Assembly: GCA_035637995.1 (NCBI GenBank)
Contig: DASRAV010000057.1
Coordinates: 102-64,101, forward strand
DNA from: Conexibacter sp.
GTDB lineage: Bacteria; Actinomycetota; Thermoleophilia; Solirubrobacterales; Solirubrobacteraceae
Reading direction: 5' to 3'
Length of the DNA: 64,000 nucleotides
Shown: positions 9,991 to 18,036 of the stretch, in pieces
Layout of the letters: every line of letters starts with the position of its first letter
Position numbering within the stretch: position 1 is the first letter of the stretch
Notes under the pieces: generated by a model
What the model saw: only the letters and a program-made list of their open reading frames with translations
What the model was told of the DNA's origin: nothing
Databases searched by the model: none
Translations under genes and position numbers: made by a program

Positions 9991-11259
9991 GTGACCGAGC
10001 ACCGGATCACCGAGCTGGACTCGGGCGTGCGGATCGTGACGGAGGCAATGCCCTCCGTCCGGTCCGTCTCGCTCGGCTACTGGATCGGGACCGGCTCGCG
10101 TGGGGAGGAGGAGTCCGAGGCGGGCCTCTCGCACCTGATCGAGCACCTGCTGTTCAAGGGCTCCGAGCGCTACGCCTCGCTCGAGATCGACCAGCTGTTC
10201 GACGCGATGGGCGCCGAGCTGAACGCGGGCACCGGCAAGGAGACGACCTCGCTCTACGCCCGCGTCATCGACGCGCACCTCGAGGACGCCTTCGACGTCA
10301 TGAGCGACATGACGTGGCGTCCGGCGTTCGCCGACGTCGAGTCCGAGCGGGAGGTGATCCTCGAGGAGATCGCGATGTACGAGGACGACCCGCAGGACAA
10401 GGTCTTCGACGTGCTCGGGCAGGCCGTCTTCGGCGCGCATCCGCTCGGACACGCTGTGATCGGCCGCGCGGAGGTCGTCGCGCAGACGCCCGTGGCGCAG
10501 ATCGCGGCGTTCCACGCGGCGCGCTACGTGCCGCGCAACGTCGTGATCGCGGCCGCGGGCGCCGTCGAGCACGACCGGCTCGTCGAGCTGGCCGCGGCGC
10601 GTGTGCCGGTCGCGAGCGCCGAGCCGCCGAGCGCGGCGCCGGCGCCTGCGGTGCTGCCCGCGAGCGTCCGCTTCGAGCGCAAGGACACCGAGCAGTACCA
10701 CGTCTGCCTCGGCGGCTTCGGGCTCGCGCGCGACGACGAGCGCCGCTTCGCGCTGCGGGTGCTCGACACGCTCTTCGGCGGCACGTCCTCCTCGCGTCTG
10801 TTCCAGGAGGTGCGCGAGCGGCGCGGCCTGGCCTACGCCGTCTACTCGTTCGCCGGCCAGTACGCGGACACGGGCCAGATCGGCCTCTACCTCGGCACCC
10901 GCGCCGAGAACCTCGGGCCGGCGCTCGAGGTCGTGCGCGAGGAGCTCGCGCACCTGCGCCGTGACCCGGCGACGGCCGCGGAGCTGGCGCGCGCGAAGGA
11001 GAACCTCAAGGGCCGCATCGTGCTCTCGCTCGAGTCGACCGGCGCGCGCATGAACCGGCTCGGCTCGCACCTGCTCAGCGACGTTCCGCTGCTGTCCGTC
11101 GACGAGGTGATCGCCGCGATCGACGCCGTCACGCGCGACGACGTCGCCGCGATCGCGGAGGAGCTGTTCGCGCCCGAGCGGCTCTCGGCGGCGGGGATCG
11201 GGCCGGACGAGGACGCGTTCGCCGCGGCGATCGCGCCGCTGTCGGCGGTGGCGGCATGA
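9991..11259 (+). CDS. M16 (pitrilysin/insulinase) family zinc peptidase
   Basis: Inverted zincin motif HLIEHLLFKG. GTG 9991 chosen; the maximal ORF from 9865 would overlap the pnp tail. The pnp-M16 peptidase pairing is conserved in actinobacteria. Confidence 0.9.
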   Translation: MTEHRITELDSGVRIVTEAMPSVRSVSLGYWIGTGSRGEEESEAGLSHLIEHLLFKGSERYASLEIDQLFDAMGAELNAGTGKETTSLYARVIDAHLEDAFDVMSDMTWRPAFADVESEREVILEEIAMYEDDPQDKVFDVLGQAVFGAHPLGHAVIGRAEVVAQTPVAQIAAFHAARYVPRNVVIAAAGAVEHDRLVELAAARVPVASAEPPSAAPAPAVLPASVRFERKDTEQYHVCLGGFGLARDDERRFALRVLDTLFGGTSSSRLFQEVRERRGLAYAVYSFAGQYADTGQIGLYLGTRAENLGPALEVVREELAHLRRDPATAAELARAKENLKGRIVLSLESTGARMNRLGSHLLSDVPLLSVDEVIAAIDAVTRDDVAAIAEELFAPERLSAAGIGPDEDAFAAAIAPLSAVAA

Positions 11260-11912
11260 TCAGGGTCGCGGTCGCGGGTGCGGCGGGGAAGATGGGCGCG
11301 ACCGTCTGCGACGCGGTCACGGGCGCGCCGGACATGGAGCTGACCGGGCGTGCCGACCCAGCGCTCGGCACGACGCTCGCCGAGGTGCTGCCGGACGCCG
11401 AGGTCGTCGTCGACTTCACGCGTCCCGACACGGCGCTGGAGAACGCGCTGAGGTGCGTCGCGGCCGGCGTGCACGTCGTGATCGGGACGACCGGCTTCGA
11501 CATCGAGCCGCTGCGCACGGCGCGCGGCGCCAACGTCTTCTTCGCGCCGAACTTCGCGATCGGCGCGGTGCTGTTGATGAAGTTCGCCGCCGAGGCCGCC
11601 CGGCACATGGCCAAGGCGGAGATCGTCGAGCTGCACCACGATCAGAAGCTCGACGCGCCCAGCGGCACCGCGAAGCGCACCGCCGAGCTGATGGCCGCGG
11701 CGAACGGAGGCGCGGAGCCGCCGATCCACTCCGTGCGCCTGCCCGGGCTCGTCGCCCATCAGGAGGTCATCCTCGGCGATCTCGGCCAGACGCTGACGCT
11801 CCGCCACGACTCGATCGACCGCGTCTCCTTCATGCCGGGCGTGCTGCTGGCGGTGCGTCGTGTCGCCGAATTGCCGCAGTCGCCGCTCGTCGGCCTCGAG
11901 CATTTGCTGTAA
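11256..11912 (+). CDS. dapB: 4-hydroxy-tetrahydrodipicolinate reductase
   Basis: MIRVAVAGAAGKMG Rossmann motif and ELHHDQKLDAPSGTA motif. Compact at 218 aa. Confidence 0.9.
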   Translation: MIRVAVAGAAGKMGATVCDAVTGAPDMELTGRADPALGTTLAEVLPDAEVVVDFTRPDTALENALRCVAAGVHVVIGTTGFDIEPLRTARGANVFFAPNFAIGAVLLMKFAAEAARHMAKAEIVELHHDQKLDAPSGTAKRTAELMAAANGGAEPPIHSVRLPGLVAHQEVILGDLGQTLTLRHDSIDRVSFMPGVLLAVRRVAELPQSPLVGLEHLL

Positions 11913-11978
11913 CGCCGCGTCCGCGCGCGTTATCGTCCTTCAAGCAGGGGAATGTCCCGCTGCAAAGGAGGTCGTTGC

Positions 11979-12371
11979 GTGCCGACGCGTCATGTCCTGG
12001 TCGTCGCCTGTCGCAGTGCTCGCTCGGAGCAGCTGCGTGACGCGCTCCACGCGCGTGCGCAGCGCGAGGCCACGGAGTACACCCTGCTGCTGCCGGCGCC
12101 GGAGGACGATGCGGACGAGGCGCGCACCCTCATCCGGAGCGCTGTCGAGTCGCTGCGCGACAGCGGCCTCGACGTCGCCGGCCGGCTCGGCGAGTCCGAC
12201 CCGTGCGCGACCGTCGAGGAGGTGTGGGATCCGGGCGAGTACGACGAGATCGTCGTCTGCACGCTGCCGTCCGGCCGCTCGCACTGGCTCGAGCAGGACG
12301 TGCCCGCGCGGCTCGGACAGATGACCGGCGTGCCGGTTGAGCACGTCGTCGCCTTCGACGGCTTGCGATAA
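11979..12371 (+). CDS. Hypothetical small protein, USP/adenine-nucleotide-alpha-hydrolase-like architecture
   Basis: GTG 11979 lies 6 nt after AAAGGAGG (11965-11972); the track ORF starts at 11952. HVLVVACRS...LLLPAP...YDEIVVCTLP pattern. The stop overlaps the dapA ATG (TAATG). Confidence 0.65.
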   Translation: MPTRHVLVVACRSARSEQLRDALHARAQREATEYTLLLPAPEDDADEARTLIRSAVESLRDSGLDVAGRLGESDPCATVEEVWDPGEYDEIVVCTLPSGRSHWLEQDVPARLGQMTGVPVEHVVAFDGLR

Positions 12372-13243
12372 TGGCTTGCATGGCCGCCCTCGGGACGATC
12401 CTCACTGCGATGGTGACCCCGTTCGACGCGCAGCTGCGCGTCGACGAGGACGCGACCGTACGGATGATGGAGCACCTCGTCGCGCACGGCTCCGACGGCC
12501 TTGTGATCTGCGGCACGACCGGCGAGGCGGCGACGCTCGACGACGAGGAGCACCTGCGCGTCGTCGAGCTCGCGGTGCAGGAGATGGGCGGCCGCGCCAC
12601 GATCGTCGCCGGCGTCGGATCCAACGACACGCGCCACGCGATCAAGCTGACCGAGCGCGCGACCGCGTTGGGCGTCGACGGCCTGCTGCACGTCACGCCC
12701 TACTACAACCGCCCGAACGCCCGCGGGATCATCGCCCACTTCAAGGCGTGCGCGGCCGCCACTGACAAGCCGATCATCCTCTACAACATCCCCGCGCGCA
12801 CCGGCACCGACATGCCGAACGAGCTGCTCGCTCAGATCGCGCAGGAGATCGACAACGTCGTCGCGGTCAAGCAGGCGAACAACGCGAGCCTCGCGCTGAT
12901 CGACGGGCTCGACGTCTACGCCGGCAACGACGACATCCTCTGCGACACGCTCGAGCTCGGCGGCGCCGGCGGGATCTGCGTCGCGAGCCACATCGTCGGC
13001 GACGAGATGCGGCGGATGGTCGACGAGCCCGAGAACCGGCGCGCGATCGATGCCGGCCTGCGCGACCTCTACGATGCGCTCGCCGTGACGACGAACCCGA
13101 TCACGATCAAGGCCGCGCTCAGCCTGCTCGGCCACGAGGTCGGCGGCCTGCGCCTGCCGATGGTCGAGGCCGACGAGCACGAGCTCGCGGTCGTGCGTGG
13201 CGCGCTCGAACGCCACGGCCTGCTGGCGACGGCACAGGCGTGA
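12371..13243 (+). CDS. dapA: 4-hydroxy-tetrahydrodipicolinate synthase
   Basis: TAMVTPFD, GTTGEAATL, active-site region VAVKQA and TPYYNRP motifs. Confidence 0.95.
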   Translation: MACMAALGTILTAMVTPFDAQLRVDEDATVRMMEHLVAHGSDGLVICGTTGEAATLDDEEHLRVVELAVQEMGGRATIVAGVGSNDTRHAIKLTERATALGVDGLLHVTPYYNRPNARGIIAHFKACAAATDKPIILYNIPARTGTDMPNELLAQIAQEIDNVVAVKQANNASLALIDGLDVYAGNDDILCDTLELGGAGGICVASHIVGDEMRRMVDEPENRRAIDAGLRDLYDALAVTTNPITIKAALSLLGHEVGGLRLPMVEADEHELAVVRGALERHGLLATAQA

Positions 13244-13250
13244 TCTCAGC

Positions 13251-14918
13251 GTGAGCGGCACCCTCCGCGTCCTGCCGCTCGGCGGCTTGGGCGAGATCGG
13301 CAAGAACATGACGGTCGTCGAGTACGACGGGCGCATCGTCGTCGTCGACACCGGCCTGCGCTTCCCGACGGCGGACATGCTCGGCATCGACCTCGTGCTG
13401 CCGGACTTCAGCTACCTGCGCGAGCGGGCCCAGGAGATCGAGGCGATCGTCATCACGCACGGCCACGAGGACCATCTCGGTGCGCTGCCGTGGGTGCTGC
13501 GCGAGCTGGGGCTCGACACGCCGCCGCCGATCTACGGCGGCCCGCTGCCGATGGCGATGGCGCGCTCCAAGCTCGACGAGCACCGCATGCAGGACGTCGT
13601 GCTGACCGACGTCGACGACGGCGAGACGATCGAGGCGGGCCCGTTCGACATCGAGCTGATCCACATGACGCACTCGATCCCGGACTCGAACGCGGTTGCG
13701 CTCACGAGCGAGCTGGGCACCGTGCTGCTGACCGGCGACTACAAGTTCGACCAGACGCCGGTCGACGGCAGACCCGCCGACGTCTCGCGGCTCGCCGAGC
13801 TCGGGCGCGACGGACTGCTGCTGCTGTGCGGCGACTCGACGAACGCCGACCGGCAGGGCTTCTCGCCCTCCGAGGCGGGCGTCGGCCCCCATCTCGTCGA
13901 GGCGTTCGGCCGCTGCGAGGGCCGCATCGTCGTCACGAGCTTCGCCTCGAACATCCACCGCGTGCAGCAGTGCGTCGACGCGGCGGCGACGCTCGGGCGC
14001 AAGGTCGCGCTCGTCGGGCGCTCGATGCGCAAGAACGTCAACATCGGCCGCTCGCTCGGCCACATCGAGGTGCCGGACGGGATCATCGTGCAGCCGCGCG
14101 AGATCGACGACTTCCCCGACCACAAGATCGTCATCATCTCGACCGGCTCCCAGGGCGAGCCGCTGTCGGCGCTGCGGCGGATGGCGCACAACGACCATCG
14201 CCACATCAAGCTCCACGACGGCGACACGGTCGTCTTCTCGGCGACGCCGATCCCCGGCAACGAGCGCGCCGTCAACGACACGATCGACCGCCTCTACCAC
14301 ATCGGCTGCGACGTCATCACGACCGCCGACGCGCCCGTGCACGCCTCCGGGCACGGCTATGCGGAGGAGCTGAAGCTGATGCTCAACCTCACCCAGCCGC
14401 GCTACGTGCTGCCGATGCACGGGGACTTCAAGCGCCTGCACCTGCACGCGCAGCTCGCGGAGTCGGTCGGGATCGACCCCGACGCGATCTTCCAGGGCGA
14501 GAACGGCCTGCCGCTGGAGATCGACGCGCGCGGGGCGCGCTTCGGCGAGCCGGAGCAGTCGGGCATGATCTTCGTCGACGGCGTCGACATCGGCGATCCG
14601 GCCGACGTCGCGCTGCGCGACCGCCGGATGCTCTCCGCCGACGGCATCTTCATCGTCGTCGCGACGATCTCAGAGCAGGACGGCCACTCGGTCGTCCCGC
14701 CCGAGGTGATCTTCCGCGGCGTGCCGTTCGTCGAGCAGGCGGACGAGCTGATCGAGGAGATCCGCGGCGCCGTCGAGGCATCGCTCGAGCGCGCCGCCGC
14801 CGACGGCATCCGCGAAGTCGACCTCGTCCAGCAGGAGCTGCACGACGACCTCGCCGCCTTCGTCTACGACCGCCTCAAGCGCCGGCCGATGGTGCTCCCC
14901 GTCGTCGTCGAGGTCTAG
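13251..14918 (+). CDS. rnj: Ribonuclease J
   Basis: GTG 13251 (LRVLPLGGLGEIGKNM). Metallo-beta-lactamase motif HGHEDHLGA. beta-CASP and C-terminal domain. The dapA-rnj linkage is typical of actinobacteria. Confidence 0.94.
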   Translation: MSGTLRVLPLGGLGEIGKNMTVVEYDGRIVVVDTGLRFPTADMLGIDLVLPDFSYLRERAQEIEAIVITHGHEDHLGALPWVLRELGLDTPPPIYGGPLPMAMARSKLDEHRMQDVVLTDVDDGETIEAGPFDIELIHMTHSIPDSNAVALTSELGTVLLTGDYKFDQTPVDGRPADVSRLAELGRDGLLLLCGDSTNADRQGFSPSEAGVGPHLVEAFGRCEGRIVVTSFASNIHRVQQCVDAAATLGRKVALVGRSMRKNVNIGRSLGHIEVPDGIIVQPREIDDFPDHKIVIISTGSQGEPLSALRRMAHNDHRHIKLHDGDTVVFSATPIPGNERAVNDTIDRLYHIGCDVITTADAPVHASGHGYAEELKLMLNLTQPRYVLPMHGDFKRLHLHAQLAESVGIDPDAIFQGENGLPLEIDARGARFGEPEQSGMIFVDGVDIGDPADVALRDRRMLSADGIFIVVATISEQDGHSVVPPEVIFRGVPFVEQADELIEEIRGAVEASLERAAADGIREVDLVQQELHDDLAAFVYDRLKRRPMVLPVVVEV

Positions 14919-15826
14919 TCCGGGGCGCCTGACATCGCGAGCTGCTCCGCGATCGCGATGTCGCGGGCGGACGGCTCGCCCGCGCGGATGCTCCAGAGCG
15001 CGTTCTCGATCGTGCGCACGAACGTCCATGCGCGGATGCGCTGGGGCTCCAGCGCGAGCTCGTCGGCGAGACGCGCGACCAGGCGCGAGACGTCGCCGGC
15101 CTGCGGCTCGGCGGGGAGCAGGTCGCGCAACAGGTGCGCGGTGTCGAAGGCGCGCTCGCCGACGAGCGGCTTCGGGTCGATGAGCAGCCATGGCTCGCGC
15201 TCGGCTGCGAGCACGTTGCCGCGGTGCAGGTCGCGGTTCGCGACGACGACGTCCGACGGGTCCTGAGCCAGCTCGCGGCAGAGCGCGACGGCCTCGTCGA
15301 GCAGCGTGTCCGCGAAGGGGCGGCCGTGCGCGCCGAACTCCGAGACGAGCTGCTCGGCCCAGCGCGCCGCCAGGTCGGTTGCGAGTGGCAGCTCGTGGTC
15401 GACCGGCGGCGGCCCCCACACGCGCCGCAGGACGCCGCACGCGATCGAGCACGCCTCGTCGAGGTCCGGGTGGTGGAGCAGCGAGGTCCCGGGACGGATG
15501 CGCTCCAGCAGCAGCGCGCCATGGGCCGGCTCGTCATCGAGCAGGCGCACGGCGCCGCGCCCGTCCCAATGGCGCAGCGCGGCCGCCTCGCCGCGCGTCT
15601 CCTCGTCCACGATCGAGAGCTTGAGCACCGCCTCGCTGCCGTCCTGCTCGCGCGTGACGGCGTAGACGAGCGCGACCCAGCCGCCGTGCAGCGGCGTGTC
15701 GAGGCGCAGCGACCAGGCGTCGGCGAGCCGCTCGACGAGTAACGGCAACGCGGCGAGCCAGGCGCGTCCAGCCGCGCCGTGATCGCGCACCGCGACCTGC
15801 GCGACCTTGTCCGGGATCACGAGCAC
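14915..15826 (-). CDS. Aminoglycoside/hydroxyurea-type phosphotransferase (APH family, streptomycin-6-kinase-like)
   Basis: Brenner/catalytic-loop motif DLHRGNVLAAEREPWLLIDPKP. 303 aa. Lies 26 nt downstream of the histidine kinase gene on the same strand. Confidence 0.8.
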   Translation of the reverse strand: MLVIPDKVAQVAVRDHGAAGRAWLAALPLLVERLADAWSLRLDTPLHGGWVALVYAVTREQDGSEAVLKLSIVDEETRGEAAALRHWDGRGAVRLLDDEPAHGALLLERIRPGTSLLHHPDLDEACSIACGVLRRVWGPPPVDHELPLATDLAARWAEQLVSEFGAHGRPFADTLLDEAVALCRELAQDPSDVVVANRDLHRGNVLAAEREPWLLIDPKPLVGERAFDTAHLLRDLLPAEPQAGDVSRLVARLADELALEPQRIRAWTFVRTIENALWSIRAGEPSARDIAIAEQLAMSGAPD

Positions 15827-15852
15827 GCGTGGACACTAGCCGCGGGTGCCGG

Positions 15853-17343
15853 CTAGCGGGGGGACGGGGCCGCCGTGCGTTCCGCAGCCGCTACGGCCGG
15901 CAGCCGCACGACGAAGCGCGCGCCGCCGTCGGACGGGCTCTCGACCTGCACGCTGCCGCCGTGCGCCTCGGCGACGGCGCGGACGATCGAGAGGCCGAGG
16001 CCCGAGCCGCCGCCGGCGTCGCCGCGGCCGCGCACGAAGCGCTCGAAGAGGCGCTCGCGCAGCGCGGGCGGGATGCCGGGGCCGTCGTCCTCGACGCGCA
16101 GCACGACGTTCTCGTCCTCGTGCGTCAAGGCGGCGCGCACGTGCGTGCCGGGCGGGGTGTGGCGCAGCGAGTTCTCGATCAGGTTGAGCGCCAGCCGGTG
16201 CAGGTCGTCGCGCACCCCGTCGACCGTCGCGGCCTCGCTGGCGAGGATCGACAGCTCGTGCTCGCCGCGCTGCGCGAGCGGCTCGGCCTCGGCGGCGACC
16301 TCCAGCAGCACCTGCGCGAGGTCGGTCGGGCGGTGGGGGACGGCGGGGGTCGTCGGGTGCGAGTCCGCGCGCGCCAGCAGCAGCAGGTCGGCGACGAGCC
16401 GGCGCATCCGCTGCGAGGAGCGCAGCGCCGAGCGCGCCGCGTCGCCGGTCTCGCCGTCGAGCTGCTCGCTCAGCAGCTCGAGGTTCGCGAGCACGCTCGT
16501 GAGCGGCGTGCGCAGCTCGTGGGAGGCGTCGGCGACGAACTCGCGCTGGCGCGCGAGCGTCGCCTCGGTCTCGGTGCGTGCCGCGTCGAGCGCCTGCAGC
16601 ATCCCGTCGAGCGTGCGCGCCAACTCGGCGACCTCGTCGTCGGCCTCCGGCTGGGGGATCCGCCGCGACGGATCGCGCGTGCGCTCGATCGCACGCGCGC
16701 TCGACGTCAGCGCGGCGATCGGCGCCATCGCGCGGCGCGCGACCATCACCCCGGCCAGCAGCGCGAGGCCGGTGCCGCCGAGCACGCCGAGCAGCAGGAA
16801 GAACCGGACCTTCGCGGCCGTGTGGTCGATCGCCGAGAGCGGGCGGGCGTAGATGATGATCGCGCGTCCGACCGGGTCGACGTTGATCACGCGCGCCTCC
16901 ACGCGATAGCCGTGCTGCTGCTTCGGGAACGACCCGAGCGGCGGGAACGTCGGCGACAGCGGGTGCGCGCCGCCGTAGGCGCACATCAGCTGCGCCGGCA
17001 GCGTGTTGTAGTAGACGCGCACCTTCGCGCCGTCGCCGCTGGCGAGGTCGCCGAGGCGCCCGCAGTGCGGCCGCCCGGTGGAGGGGTCGAAGCTGACGGC
17101 CGCGCGCTGCTGCAGGTAGTCGGCGCTCTGGCGCACCGAGTCGTTGAACTGGATGCGGATCTGACGCGTCGTCAGCAGGCCGACGATCGCCGCGAAGCCG
17201 CACAGGATCACGAACGTGAGCGCGGCCGACCCGCCCGCCAGGCGCCAGCGAGTCGGCAGCCGCCGGTACGCCCGGCCCGCGCCGCTAAGCGCGGAGGACG
17301 TAGCCCGCGCCGCGGATCGTGTGGAGGAGTCGCGGTTCGCCAC
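15853..17343 (-). CDS. Sensor histidine kinase (2 TM, HAMP, HisKA, HATPase_c)
   Basis: H-box ADASHELRTPLTS, N-box LIENSLRHT, G-boxes DDGPGI and GSGLGLSIV. The maximal ORF overlaps the regulator stop by 59 nt, so the true start may be internal. Confidence 0.9.
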   Translation of the reverse strand: MANRDSSTRSAARATSSALSGAGRAYRRLPTRWRLAGGSAALTFVILCGFAAIVGLLTTRQIRIQFNDSVRQSADYLQQRAAVSFDPSTGRPHCGRLGDLASGDGAKVRVYYNTLPAQLMCAYGGAHPLSPTFPPLGSFPKQQHGYRVEARVINVDPVGRAIIIYARPLSAIDHTAAKVRFFLLLGVLGGTGLALLAGVMVARRAMAPIAALTSSARAIERTRDPSRRIPQPEADDEVAELARTLDGMLQALDAARTETEATLARQREFVADASHELRTPLTSVLANLELLSEQLDGETGDAARSALRSSQRMRRLVADLLLLARADSHPTTPAVPHRPTDLAQVLLEVAAEAEPLAQRGEHELSILASEAATVDGVRDDLHRLALNLIENSLRHTPPGTHVRAALTHEDENVVLRVEDDGPGIPPALRERLFERFVRGRGDAGGGSGLGLSIVRAVAEAHGGSVQVESPSDGGARFVVRLPAVAAAERTAAPSPR

Positions 17344-17971
17344 CGGCCTCCAGCTTTCGTCGCAGGTTGGAGACGAACACCTCGATCGTGTTCGTCGTCG
17401 AGAACGGATCGTAGCCCCACACCTCGTCCAGCAGGCGCTGGCGCGAGATCACGATCCGCTCGTTGCGCATCAGGTATTCGAGCAGCTCGAACTCGCGCTG
17501 GGTCAGCTCGAGCTGACGCGCTCCGCGTTCGACCTCGTGCGTGTCCGGGTTGAGCTGCAGGTCGCCGACGACGAGCGGCGCGGAGCCGCGCGGCGGGCGC
17601 CGGCGCAGCAGCGCACGCAGGCGCGCGAGCAGCTCCTGGCGCTCGAACGGCTTGACGAGGTAGTCGTCGGCGCCGGCGTCGAGCCCGTCGACGCGCGCCT
17701 CGACGGCGTCGCGCGCGGTCAGCATCAGGATCGGCACGTCGTCGCGCTCGCGCAGCGACCGGGCGACATCGATGCCGTCGAGACGGGGGAGGCCGAGGTC
17801 GAGGATCACGAGGTCCGGCAGGAACGCGTGCGCGTCGTCGAGCGCGCTGACGCCGTCGCCGGCGAGCCGCACCTCGTAGCCCTCCAGGCGCAGCGAGCGT
17901 TGCAGAGCTTGGGCGATCTCGTCGTCGTCCTCGACGACGAGGACACGGGCGGGGCGAGCTGCGTCGCTCAT
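17285..17971 (-). CDS. OmpR/PhoB-family response regulator
   Basis: ATG 17971 (MSDAARPARVLVVEDD). Phospho-acceptor region LVILDLGLP. Winged-helix C-terminus (TIRGAGYVLR). Confidence 0.93.
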   Translation of the reverse strand: MSDAARPARVLVVEDDDEIAQALQRSLRLEGYEVRLAGDGVSALDDAHAFLPDLVILDLGLPRLDGIDVARSLRERDDVPILMLTARDAVEARVDGLDAGADDYLVKPFERQELLARLRALLRRRPPRGSAPLVVGDLQLNPDTHEVERGARQLELTQREFELLEYLMRNERIVISRQRLLDEVWGYDPFSTTNTIEVFVSNLRRKLEAGGEPRLLHTIRGAGYVLRA

Positions 17972-18036
17972 GCCGCAGATCCTAGAGGGACCGCTTACGC
18001 AGGGGTAAACCGTCGCGCGTCGAAGCAGGCGGGACG

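Noticed and set aside
7677-10010. 777-aa ORF antisense to pnp, plus the +2-frame 555-aa ORF 8327..9994
   Set aside because: Both overlap the PNPase frame, which carries RNase PH/KH/S1 motifs. Both are Arg-rich nonsense frames.
15829-17553. 574-aa plus-strand ORF over the histidine kinase gene
   Set aside because: It is antisense to a frame with H-, N- and G-box kinase motifs and has no motifs of its own.
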